Virus record (IMG/VR): IMGVR_UViG_3300020151_000934
Span: 1-35,080 of that record
Strand: one strand, 5' to 3'
DNA from: a virus
Taxonomy: Duplodnaviria; Caudoviricetes
DNA: 35,080 nt
Part shown: positions 18,786 to 26,371 of the stretch, piece after piece
How the letters are laid out: each line of letters starts with the position of its first letter
Numbering within the stretch: position 1 is the stretch's first letter
Made by a program: the position numbers and the translations under genes
Notes under the pieces: model-generated
What the model was told of the DNA's origin: nothing
Databases searched by the model: none
What the model saw: only the letters and a program-made list of their open reading frames with translations

Positions 18786-20555
18786 ATGTGTAATAATTAT
18801 CCAAACTGTAACTGTTCTAGTTGTTCACCATGCCAAAGTTGTACTCAAGTAACACCTACTTGTAATTGTACAACTACTTGTACTTGTACTACTGAACAAT
18901 TTACAGAAGAATGTCCTTGTGGATTACAATCTACAAATTGCTTAATTTATACAGGAGATAATCTACAAGATTGTGCGGGAGATGATTATCTTCTTAGAGG
19001 CACTAATTTTAATGATTTTTTATCTCAACTTTGGGATACTGTTAAATGTGCTGCAACTCCTTCTACCAATACAGTAACATATGATGGAGCAAATATAAGA
19101 AACTGTGATAATACTGCAACAGTTGTTGCTACAGGGTCCTCTTTAACTGTCGCTCTAAATAATATTTGGAATGCAGTTAAATGTTTCTATAATGATATTA
19201 GACTAAGACAAGCTGTATGGCAAGGAAGTGCTACTATAACTGTTGGGCCATCTCAACCTGCTCCTTTTAATAATATTAACACTGCTTTAGCTGAATTATC
19301 TCAATATCATTTTGATGATTCTAATATTATTCTAAGACTAGAGAATGGTACATATATTTTAAATTCTCAATATGAATTTGATGCATTATTGCTTGATAAA
19401 AATGTACTATATGTTGAGTCTTTGTCAGGAGTAAAAGACAATGTTATACTTAAAGGGTCCGCTGGAGAAGGAGTGCATAGTTTTTCTGCAGGATTTATTT
19501 CTTTTAGTAATTTAACTTTGGCTTCTGAAAATAATGCTCCTATAATAGGATTATATGCTACAGGAGCACACGCTGTTTTAACAAATGTTAAAATAACAAA
19601 TAATTCTAGTTCATCAACATTGTTTGTTGCAGCTCAAGGAGCTAGTTTACAATTCAATAATTGTACATTTGTGGATTCAAATACTGTAAATAACTCTCCT
19701 GTATTTTATGCTGAAAGACAAGGAAATATTACCATATCAGGAGGTACCTATACAGTAAATAGATATTTCTTTATATCAAGAGATTCAAGTTTGTATTTAT
19801 CTGGAAGTTCTGTTTTGTATACAAATCCTAGTGATATATCTTTATTTGTTTTATCAGGAAATAGTACTGGTACTATAATTAATACTCCTATAGGAAATAC
19901 GAATCCTAGTGGACCACCAAGCAAAGCTTTTTTACTAGAACAAAGCACCCTTTATGTACAAAATATTTATAATGTTGCTACAAATTGTATTGCAGGATTT
20001 CAAACAGCTTTTAATGTTACAGCAAATTCTAATGTTAATATTGTAAATCAAAATAATAACTCTGAATATATTAATAAATATTTTTGTATTACAAGTGCAA
20101 GTCATTTTAAAATGACTGGTGGTAAAGTTACATCTTATGATTATAATACTCCTTCACTTGGTATTTATAACCAATCAAGTAAAGTTACATTATATCAAGT
20201 AAGCATAGAATCTAACAGAGTAATAGAGAGTTGGAATAATGGAGTCAGTAATTTTGAAAATTGTACTTTTATATTTAATACAACTTATGCTTTAGCAAAC
20301 CCATCTTCACAAAGAATTTATATCTGGGAAGACAATGGCAATACTTCTACTTTTACTGGTTGCACTTTTGATTTAAATAATTTATCACTAGGAATTAGAA
20401 CGTCTGTTAATGGTGCACAATTTTGGGTAGATTCTGGTACTTTTTTAAATACAGGTGCCAGTCCAGCACTTATTTCAAGTTTTAATTCAATAATATATGC
20501 TCCTTTAGTTACTGCAATTCCAAAAGTAGCTGATGCTAGTAGTTATACTTTTTAA
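18786..20555 (+). CDS. Tail spike with Cys-rich N-terminus and pectin-lyase-like beta-helix
   Basis: TITVG...FNNINTAL...ILRLENGTY is a typical beta-helix entry, followed by N/S/T-rich coils (NCTF repeats). Confidence 0.72.
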   Translation: MCNNYPNCNCSSCSPCQSCTQVTPTCNCTTTCTCTTEQFTEECPCGLQSTNCLIYTGDNLQDCAGDDYLLRGTNFNDFLSQLWDTVKCAATPSTNTVTYDGANIRNCDNTATVVATGSSLTVALNNIWNAVKCFYNDIRLRQAVWQGSATITVGPSQPAPFNNINTALAELSQYHFDDSNIILRLENGTYILNSQYEFDALLLDKNVLYVESLSGVKDNVILKGSAGEGVHSFSAGFISFSNLTLASENNAPIIGLYATGAHAVLTNVKITNNSSSSTLFVAAQGASLQFNNCTFVDSNTVNNSPVFYAERQGNITISGGTYTVNRYFFISRDSSLYLSGSSVLYTNPSDISLFVLSGNSTGTIINTPIGNTNPSGPPSKAFLLEQSTLYVQNIYNVATNCIAGFQTAFNVTANSNVNIVNQNNNSEYINKYFCITSASHFKMTGGKVTSYDYNTPSLGIYNQSSKVTLYQVSIESNRVIESWNNGVSNFENCTFIFNTTYALANPSSQRIYIWEDNGNTSTFTGCTFDLNNLSLGIRTSVNGAQFWVDSGTFLNTGASPALISSFNSIIYAPLVTAIPKVADASSYTF

Positions 20556-20592
20556 TTAATAATTAAGTAAATAAAAAATAAAATATAAAGAA

Positions 20593-21120
20593 ATGAATGA
20601 ATTTAGAGTAAAATATATAAAATTAGCCACTGATTATTTTATAGATTTTCTATCAGAAGAAAATAAAACTTTATTAATTACTGATAAAGACCAAACTGTA
20701 ATTTTAGATGCTTTTCAAGTTAAGCCTGGTAATAAATATAAATTTTTAGATTGGGTACAAAAAGCTAGAATTAAATGGAATTTTCCTGCTTCTTGGAGCG
20801 GTAATCCTACTGATATGGTTCTTACAGAAGACATATATAAATTTGGTGTCCTAGAGTCCGTAAATACTAACTTATGGTTAAATGTTACAGCTTTTCCTGG
20901 AATTACTTTCCCAGACACTACAATAACAGATCTTGAAGGTAATACAATTGTTATTCCTGGTGGAGGAACCCCTCCAACCATTACTACAAATAATAGAACA
21001 TTTGCAGAAATGTATGCACTAGCAACTTCACAAGGTGTATTCTTTGGAGATATTGAGATGCCAGAACTATATGTTGGTACAGCAACTCCAGGAGGAGATT
21101 TATTTGTATTATCCGTATAA
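20593..21120 (+). CDS. Hypothetical protein (175 aa)
   Basis: ORF within the fibre block. Confidence 0.7.
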   Translation: MNEFRVKYIKLATDYFIDFLSEENKTLLITDKDQTVILDAFQVKPGNKYKFLDWVQKARIKWNFPASWSGNPTDMVLTEDIYKFGVLESVNTNLWLNVTAFPGITFPDTTITDLEGNTIVIPGGGTPPTITTNNRTFAEMYALATSQGVFFGDIEMPELYVGTATPGGDLFVLSV

Positions 21121-21129
21121 TAAATAAAA

Positions 21130-22122
21130 ATGACAAGAGCAGAATTAGAGAAACTTTTTGGTTATAAAGCAGGAAGAAAATTATACAACTTATTATATAG
21201 TAGTTGTGCTAACTTTTGCTGCATGGTAAAAGATTGTTTAGGAATTAGTCCTTCAGGTAGTCCAACATTATATTTAAATCAACAAGGAGAGTGGAGTGCT
21301 ACAACAGGTCCTCAAGGACCACAGGGGCCACAAGGTATCCAAGGTATTCAAGGAGTGCAGGGCCCTCAAGGTGCAGCTTTAACTGTATTAGGTTCTTATC
21401 CTGACCTTGCTTCATTTTTAGCAGGTGCAGGAGCAAGTCCAGGAAATCCAGGAGATGCTTGGATTATAGAATCTGATGGTTCTTTATATGTATGGCATAC
21501 AATAACTAATACTTGGGATGATGTGGGAGATTTACAAGGACCACAAGGTTTACAAGGTCCTCAAGGTATTCAGGGAATACAGGGAATACAAGGAGTACCA
21601 GGTCCAGTAGGATTGCCAGGATTGTTTGCACAAACAGCAAATAGCTCACCTATTACAGGTACAACAGTAGAAACTACATTAATCAATGGAGGTGTTGGAA
21701 CATTAAGTGTTCCTGCAAATGGATTCCAAATAGGAGATAGTTTTAGAGCTATATTTGGAGGGGTTATGTCAGTGGCAAATAATCAAACTATTAGAATTAG
21801 AGTTAAAGCAAATGGTAGTACATTATTAGATAGTGGCGCACAATCAATTACAAATATAACTAATGGTATTTTTTCTCTTAATATAGATTTTACTGTAAGA
21901 CAATTAGGCGGGGCAGGAGTGGCTTCAATAGTTTCATTGGGTACATTTCACTATAATAAAACATCTAATGCAGTTACTGAAGGTTTTGGATTTAATGTGG
22001 TTAATAACACCACATTCAACACCACTGTAAATAATACTTTAAATGTCACTGTACAATGGGGGTCTAATAATGCTACAAACAATATTTATAGTGATATTTT
22101 CATATTAAACAAAACATATTAA
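21130..22122 (+). CDS. Collagen-like fibre protein
   Basis: Two G-X-Y tracts (GPQ/GIQ) flanking a small W-containing domain, with a beta-rich C-terminal head. Confidence 0.85.
   Translation: MTRAELEKLFGYKAGRKLYNLLYSSCANFCCMVKDCLGISPSGSPTLYLNQQGEWSATTGPQGPQGPQGIQGIQGVQGPQGAALTVLGSYPDLASFLAGAGASPGNPGDAWIIESDGSLYVWHTITNTWDDVGDLQGPQGLQGPQGIQGIQGIQGVPGPVGLPGLFAQTANSSPITGTTVETTLINGGVGTLSVPANGFQIGDSFRAIFGGVMSVANNQTIRIRVKANGSTLLDSGAQSITNITNGIFSLNIDFTVRQLGGAGVASIVSLGTFHYNKTSNAVTEGFGFNVVNNTTFNTTVNNTLNVTVQWGSNNATNNIYSDIFILNKTY
21307..21621 (+). repeat. Coding 9-bp periodic collagen repeats (two tracts)
   Basis: ggNccNcaa / ggNatNcaR units at about 21307-21372 and 21526-21621. Confidence 0.85.
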
Positions 22123-22134
22123 AAATAAGATATA

Positions 22135-22584
22135 ATGGCATTTTTAGAGAAAAAATTATTGAGTAAAAAAGATTTATTCATTTTGTTTGGACAAAAAGCA
22201 GGTAAAAATTTATATAATTTAATTTATAAATGTTGTTCTTCTTGTTTTAATAAATCTTATACAGTTAGTTTAAGTCAATTTGGAGCAAATAATGAACCTC
22301 AAGTTGCAGTTGAATTTAGCAATAGTTTACAAGTGGTAGCAACTTACTCTTATATCAATCCAGGAGAATATGCAGTTATATTTGATAAACCTATTTTTAA
22401 TAGTCCTCTTGATTATGCAGTTATTTTAAATAATAGTTTTTATGTAGGACCTGATTTATATACCATTCAAGTAGTTCCTACTTTTGTTAACTCTGTACTT
22501 ATAACATCTTATAAAAACGGATCTCCTTCAGATGACTTAATAGGAACAGGTGTTCCTTGTATTTTAGATATTAAAACTTTTTAA
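22135..22584 (+). CDS. Putative fibre/decoration protein sharing an N-terminal motif with 21130
   Basis: LFGQKAGKNLYNLIYKCC versus LFGYKAGRKLYNLLYSSC. Confidence 0.65.
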   Translation: MAFLEKKLLSKKDLFILFGQKAGKNLYNLIYKCCSSCFNKSYTVSLSQFGANNEPQVAVEFSNSLQVVATYSYINPGEYAVIFDKPIFNSPLDYAVILNNSFYVGPDLYTIQVVPTFVNSVLITSYKNGSPSDDLIGTGVPCILDIKTF

Positions 22585-22590
22585 TTAATT

Positions 22591-22704
22591 ATGAGCAATT
22601 TTACAGAAGAATCTTTATTAAAAACATTAAAAGCCAAGTATGCGTACTTGAAAGATAATGATGAAACCGCTATGAGAGTTTATAATTTAATTTTAAAGAA
22701 ATAA
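22591..22704 (+). CDS. Small ORF (37 aa) absent from the ORF track
   Basis: MSNFTEESLLKTLKAKYAYLKDNDETAMRVYNLILKK. It fills the gap exactly and has a TAATG overlap with the holin. Confidence 0.65.
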   Translation: MSNFTEESLLKTLKAKYAYLKDNDETAMRVYNLILKK

Positions 22705-23141
22705 TGGGAAAGTATATAAACGCCTTTATAGTATCAATAATAACTTTTTTCTCCCCTATATATGGGCTTTTATTAGCTGTTGGTGCCATGATTTTTATGG
22801 ACACTATATTAGGGGTTACAAAAGCAATTAAACTCGAAGGATGGGAATCTGTTACGTCAAGAAAGGCAAGCGTTATTATAAGCAAATTCCTACTTTATCA
22901 ATTAACAGTGATAACCTTCTTTATAATAGATTATAATTTAATAAATGAGTTTACTAAATTACATTATCAGAATGATTATTTACTAACTAAATTCATAACG
23001 CTATCTTTATGTTTCGTTGAAGCAAAAAGTATAGATGAAAACATAAAAGCAATCTTTGGTTTTTCTATTTGGACAAATCTAAAAGAAGTTTTAATAAGAA
23101 CACAAGAAATAAAGAAAACTACAAAAATCCTTAAAAAATAA
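22704..23141 (+). CDS. Holin (phage holin 4-like)
   Basis: Several TM segments, motifs DTILGV.KA, TSRK and EAKSIDENI, basic C-terminus, upstream of the endolysin. Confidence 0.8.
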   Translation: MGKYINAFIVSIITFFSPIYGLLLAVGAMIFMDTILGVTKAIKLEGWESVTSRKASVIISKFLLYQLTVITFFIIDYNLINEFTKLHYQNDYLLTKFITLSLCFVEAKSIDENIKAIFGFSIWTNLKEVLIRTQEIKKTTKILKK

Positions 23142-23145
23142 AACT

Positions 23146-23406
23146 ATGAAATTCCTAAGAGAAATGTTTAGCGATGACAACTCAATCAATGAGAAATCTG
23201 TCATTGGATTCCTAGCCTTTATTATGATGTCCTTATTTGCAATTGTAGATATTGTTACAGGATATTTAGGCAAAGAACTTGTTGTAAATGAATTTATATT
23301 CAATGCTTTTGAAGTGCTTGTATTAGGTTCATTCGGTATTGCTGCAACAGAAAAAATTACAAACATTATAAAATCTAATAAAAAAGAAGAAAATGAGTCT
23401 GAGTAA
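23146..23406 (+). CDS. Two-TM membrane protein (second holin or antiholin candidate)
   Basis: Two hydrophobic segments and a charged C-terminus, inside the lysis cassette. Confidence 0.65.
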   Translation: MKFLREMFSDDNSINEKSVIGFLAFIMMSLFAIVDIVTGYLGKELVVNEFIFNAFEVLVLGSFGIAATEKITNIIKSNKKEENESE

Positions 23407-24004
23407 ATTACAAGAGAAAATAGGAGTAACCGCTGACGGAGCGTTTGGCCCTGGAACAATGAAAGCTGCTATGGCTTTTTATGGTTTTACACCTGAAAGA
23501 GCTGCACATTTTTTTGCCCAAACTGCACATGAGTCTGGAAACTTTAAAGCTTTTTCTGAAAACTTAAACTATTCTGCTGATGGATTGGTTAAGATATTTG
23601 GTAAATATTTTACAGCAGCTACAGCTCCTAGTTATGCAAGAAACCCTGAAAAAATTGCTAACAAAGTATATTCTTCAAGAATGGGTAATGGTGATGAAGC
23701 ATCAGGAGATGGTTGGAAATTTAGAGGAAGAGGAGCTCTTCAATTAACAGGTAAATCTAACTATCAAGCATTTGCAGATTATTTAGGTAATCCAGAGATT
23801 ATGAATAACCCTGATTTAGTAGCTGGAGAACTTTCTTTTGAGTCTGCTAAATTCTTCTTTGACAAAAACAAACTATGGGACATCTGTGATAAAGGTGTAA
23901 CTAAAGAAACTATACTAGCTCTTACTAAAAGAATTAATGGCGGAACCCATGGAATAACTGACAGAGAAGAAAAGACATTTAAATACTATACATACGTTAA
24001 GTAA
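23393..24004 (+). CDS. Endolysin, glycoside hydrolase family 19
   Basis: HFFAQTAHESG, FRGRGALQLTGK, TKRINGG. N-terminal LQEKIGVTADGAFGPGT resembles a half peptidoglycan-binding motif. Confidence 0.92.
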   Translation: MSLSKLQEKIGVTADGAFGPGTMKAAMAFYGFTPERAAHFFAQTAHESGNFKAFSENLNYSADGLVKIFGKYFTAATAPSYARNPEKIANKVYSSRMGNGDEASGDGWKFRGRGALQLTGKSNYQAFADYLGNPEIMNNPDLVAGELSFESAKFFFDKNKLWDICDKGVTKETILALTKRINGGTHGITDREEKTFKYYTYVK

Positions 24005-24005
24005 T

Positions 24006-24467
24006 ATGAAATATATACTCATAATCCTTGTTATTTTATTTGGGACATATATGTGGGTTTCACATAATAAACTTGCCCATGATGAAGCTATAATCCAAAG
24101 ACTAGAAGATAGTCTTTCTCAAAAAATAGATACACTTATAGTAGACAGGGAAGTAGTGAAAGATCATTATATTAAATCTAAAGAAGTTGTATATAAAATA
24201 GATGAAAGATATACCGCAGGTAAAGATTCTGTGTGTGATAGCTTAGTGGTGGCCTTAAAACACTCTTTGGTAAATTGTGATAAAGTAATAGTTAAGTCTG
24301 ATACTTTAATTAAAACTTTATTAGTAAGAGATACAGTTAGAGTAAAACATATACAATACCTGCAAGCTAGAAATAAATTTTCTTTAATTGCAGGGCCTAC
24401 ATTATCTTTTACGCCACAAGGAATTCAACCTGGTATAGGAGTTGCCTTTGGAATAAAAATAAAGTAG
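24006..24467 (+). CDS. Spanin-like protein candidate
   Basis: N-terminal TM anchor, coiled coil, and C-terminal amphipathic beta-hairpin; directly follows the endolysin. Confidence 0.55.
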   Translation: MKYILIILVILFGTYMWVSHNKLAHDEAIIQRLEDSLSQKIDTLIVDREVVKDHYIKSKEVVYKIDERYTAGKDSVCDSLVVALKHSLVNCDKVIVKSDTLIKTLLVRDTVRVKHIQYLQARNKFSLIAGPTLSFTPQGIQPGIGVAFGIKIK

Positions 24468-24468
24468 A

Positions 24469-25200
24469 ATGAATATTACTTATTTAAATTTTTTACCTAA
24501 TTTTGGATTTGATAATACAATTTATTATCTAAACCCAGAAGGTAAATTTTATGGATGGGATAAAAATAATAGTAGATTTTATAATTTATCTACTCCTGCT
24601 TTAAATGATGTAGAGGGAATTTCTTTTGATAATTTACAAGAAGGAGATGTGTTATCTTACGATAGTGTTTCTCAAACTTGGATTAACAAAGTTAGCAGTA
24701 CATCCCCAGGAGTCAACTCTTTTAACGAAAGACAAGGAGATGTGTATTTGTTAGGATCAGATGTAACTTATGCCTTGGAATATACCCCTGAAAATGAAGC
24801 AAATAAAACATCAACAGTAGCTGGTAATGAAACTTCAGAAGCTTATTTTCCTACAATAAAGGGTTTAGTTGATTGGGTAAATTCTTTATTTATAACTATA
24901 AATGCTAATTTTAATTGGTATATAAAAGGAGAGGCAAGTTGGAATCTTAAAGATTTAGACACTGATACTACTTTTTTTAAAGTTAATACTAATGGTAATG
25001 TATTAATAGGTACTGACGTAGAAGAACCTTCCTCCATATTAAATATAAATTCAACAGTAAAAGGATTCTTACCCCCAAGAATGACAGCAGAGGCAAGAAG
25101 ATCAATATCTATGCCAGCTATAGGGTTAATGGTATATCAAACTGATGAAGAAGAGGGCTTATATATAAATAAGTCTGAAGGATGGGTTTTTATTAGATAA
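24469..25200 (+). CDS. Fibre-like protein
   Basis: EGDVLSYD...TWIN and VNSFNERQGDVYL fibre motifs, plus the KGFLPPRMT...PAIGLMVYQTD module seen in Bacteroidota fibre/surface proteins. Confidence 0.65.
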   Translation: MNITYLNFLPNFGFDNTIYYLNPEGKFYGWDKNNSRFYNLSTPALNDVEGISFDNLQEGDVLSYDSVSQTWINKVSSTSPGVNSFNERQGDVYLLGSDVTYALEYTPENEANKTSTVAGNETSEAYFPTIKGLVDWVNSLFITINANFNWYIKGEASWNLKDLDTDTTFFKVNTNGNVLIGTDVEEPSSILNINSTVKGFLPPRMTAEARRSISMPAIGLMVYQTDEEEGLYINKSEGWVFIR

Positions 25201-25253
25201 CCCATAAAACATATAAATTGTAAAAAAATTAAAATAATTAAAAAAAATACATT

Positions 25254-25715
25254 ATGCAATTATCAGAAAATTTATCATTAGCAGAAGTTATAAGATCAGA
25301 AACTGCTAAAAGAAAAGGAGTTAGTAATATGCCAACTCCAGAACACATTGAAAACTTTAAACTATTGGCCACAAAAATATTTCAGCCTATTAGAGAGCAT
25401 TTTGCAAAGCCAATCCATATTTCTTCTGGTTATAGGAGTGCTGCTTTAAATAAAGCAATTGGTGGTGCTGCATCTTCTCAACATTGCACTGGAGAAGCTA
25501 TTGATATTGATATGGATGGAACATCTATAACAAATGCTCAAATTTTTAACTATATTAAAGATAATTTAATCTGGGATCAATTAATCTGGGAGTTTGGGAC
25601 CAAAGATAACCCTGATTGGGTACATGTATCTTACGAGTCTACAGGAAAGCAAAGAAAACAAATCCTTGTGGCTACAAAATCAGGAGGAAAAACTGTTTAT
25701 ACTCCATATAAATAA
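25254..25715 (+). CDS. Peptidase M15-family Zn peptidase (second peptidoglycan hydrolase)
   Basis: ISSGYRS, SQHCTGEAIDI (H-x6-D) and WVHVS. Confidence 0.9.
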   Translation: MQLSENLSLAEVIRSETAKRKGVSNMPTPEHIENFKLLATKIFQPIREHFAKPIHISSGYRSAALNKAIGGAASSQHCTGEAIDIDMDGTSITNAQIFNYIKDNLIWDQLIWEFGTKDNPDWVHVSYESTGKQRKQILVATKSGGKTVYTPYK

Positions 25716-25723
25716 AAAAACTA

Positions 25724-25753
25724 TTGACAGTTAGAAATATTGTTGTATATTTG
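25724..25753 (+). promoter_or_regulatory. Consensus Bacteroidota sigma-A promoter TTG-N19-TATATTTG
   Basis: TTG at 25724-26 and TATATTTG at 25746-53. Confidence 0.75.
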
Positions 25754-25758
25754 CAGCA

Positions 25759-26275
25759 TATTTATCTCACTGAGACAAATTTCTGGTGCCTGACGTTTGA
25801 GGGGAAACCCTGGTTCATAAGATTTCACTAGATAGTTTTAAATAAGTAAGGACCTCCGAGGATTAACAATTCAGATACCTTCAGGGAAAGGAGAGGAAAA
25901 ATAGGATCAAATGACGTAAGAATTGGGCTTCCCAGTTTCCTATAAAATACACGATAGTAAATATTCCTAAGTACAGAAATGTATATGGAAATTTATGAAC
26001 GAACTTACCAATAGAAACAAGATAGATGCGTTTATTGTAAAGTATTCAGATTTCCTAGATTTTTTCTCGGGAGAACCCTCTATTTCTTTAAATAATTACT
26101 ATAATCTAAGTTCTAGTAATATGCTCTAACTATGTCCAAAAAAAAATACAAAAAAATACATTTTTTTCTTTGAATTAAAAAAAAAGTAGTATCTTTGCAT
26201 CAGATAAATATATAGATAGAGCAATTCTGTCGGATACCCCTTGCTGATTCCCTTTGAGCAAGGGGTATTTTTTTT
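25759..26275 (+). ncRNA. Candidate structured non-coding RNA of unknown family
   Basis: Consensus promoter upstream, two GAAA-capped hairpins, exact CCTAAG/TATGG receptor, long-range helices, strong terminator downstream, and no long ORF. The 3' end is uncertain (could be near 26090). Confidence 0.55.
26169..26197 (+). promoter_or_regulatory. Bacteroidota promoter TTTG-N17-TATCTTTG
   Basis: TTTG at 26169-72 and TATCTTTG at 26190-97. Confidence 0.6.
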
Positions 26276-26276
26276 T
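26234..26276 (+). terminator. Strong intrinsic terminator
   Basis: Perfect 12-bp stem ATACCCCTTGCT/AGCAAGGGGTAT followed by a T-tract. Confidence 0.9.
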
Positions 26277-26283
26277 CTAAAAA

Positions 26284-26355
26284 CTAATAAAATCATAATT
26301 TTTTTTTACTTTTGTAAGAAATTATGTGCCATTAATAAAAAAATGTTTATTTTTG
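26284..26355 (+). promoter_or_regulatory. Tandem putative promoters for the phosphoesterase/tail operon
   Basis: TACTTTTG at 26307-14 (context resembles the 4049/6666 motif) and TATTTTTG at 26348-55. Confidence 0.5.
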
Positions 26356-26371
26356 CATAAAAATAATAAAA

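Noticed and set aside
13900-21621. CRISPR-like or DGR repeats
   Set aside because: The repeats seen are in-frame protein repeats (DLAGN, CxAxxxSFG, collagen). There are no constant repeat-spacer units, no adenine-specific TR/VR pair and no reverse transcriptase.
25759-26130. Assignment of the structured RNA to group I/II intron, RNase P, tmRNA, c-di-GMP-I riboswitch or hammerhead
   Set aside because: No P7 (GACUA/UAGUC) or domain V, no GAGGAAAGUCC, no tRNA-like ends or tag peptide, no GGCAAA/GACGCAAA core, and no CUGAnGA. It interrupts no gene. This was judged by eye only; cmscan is needed.
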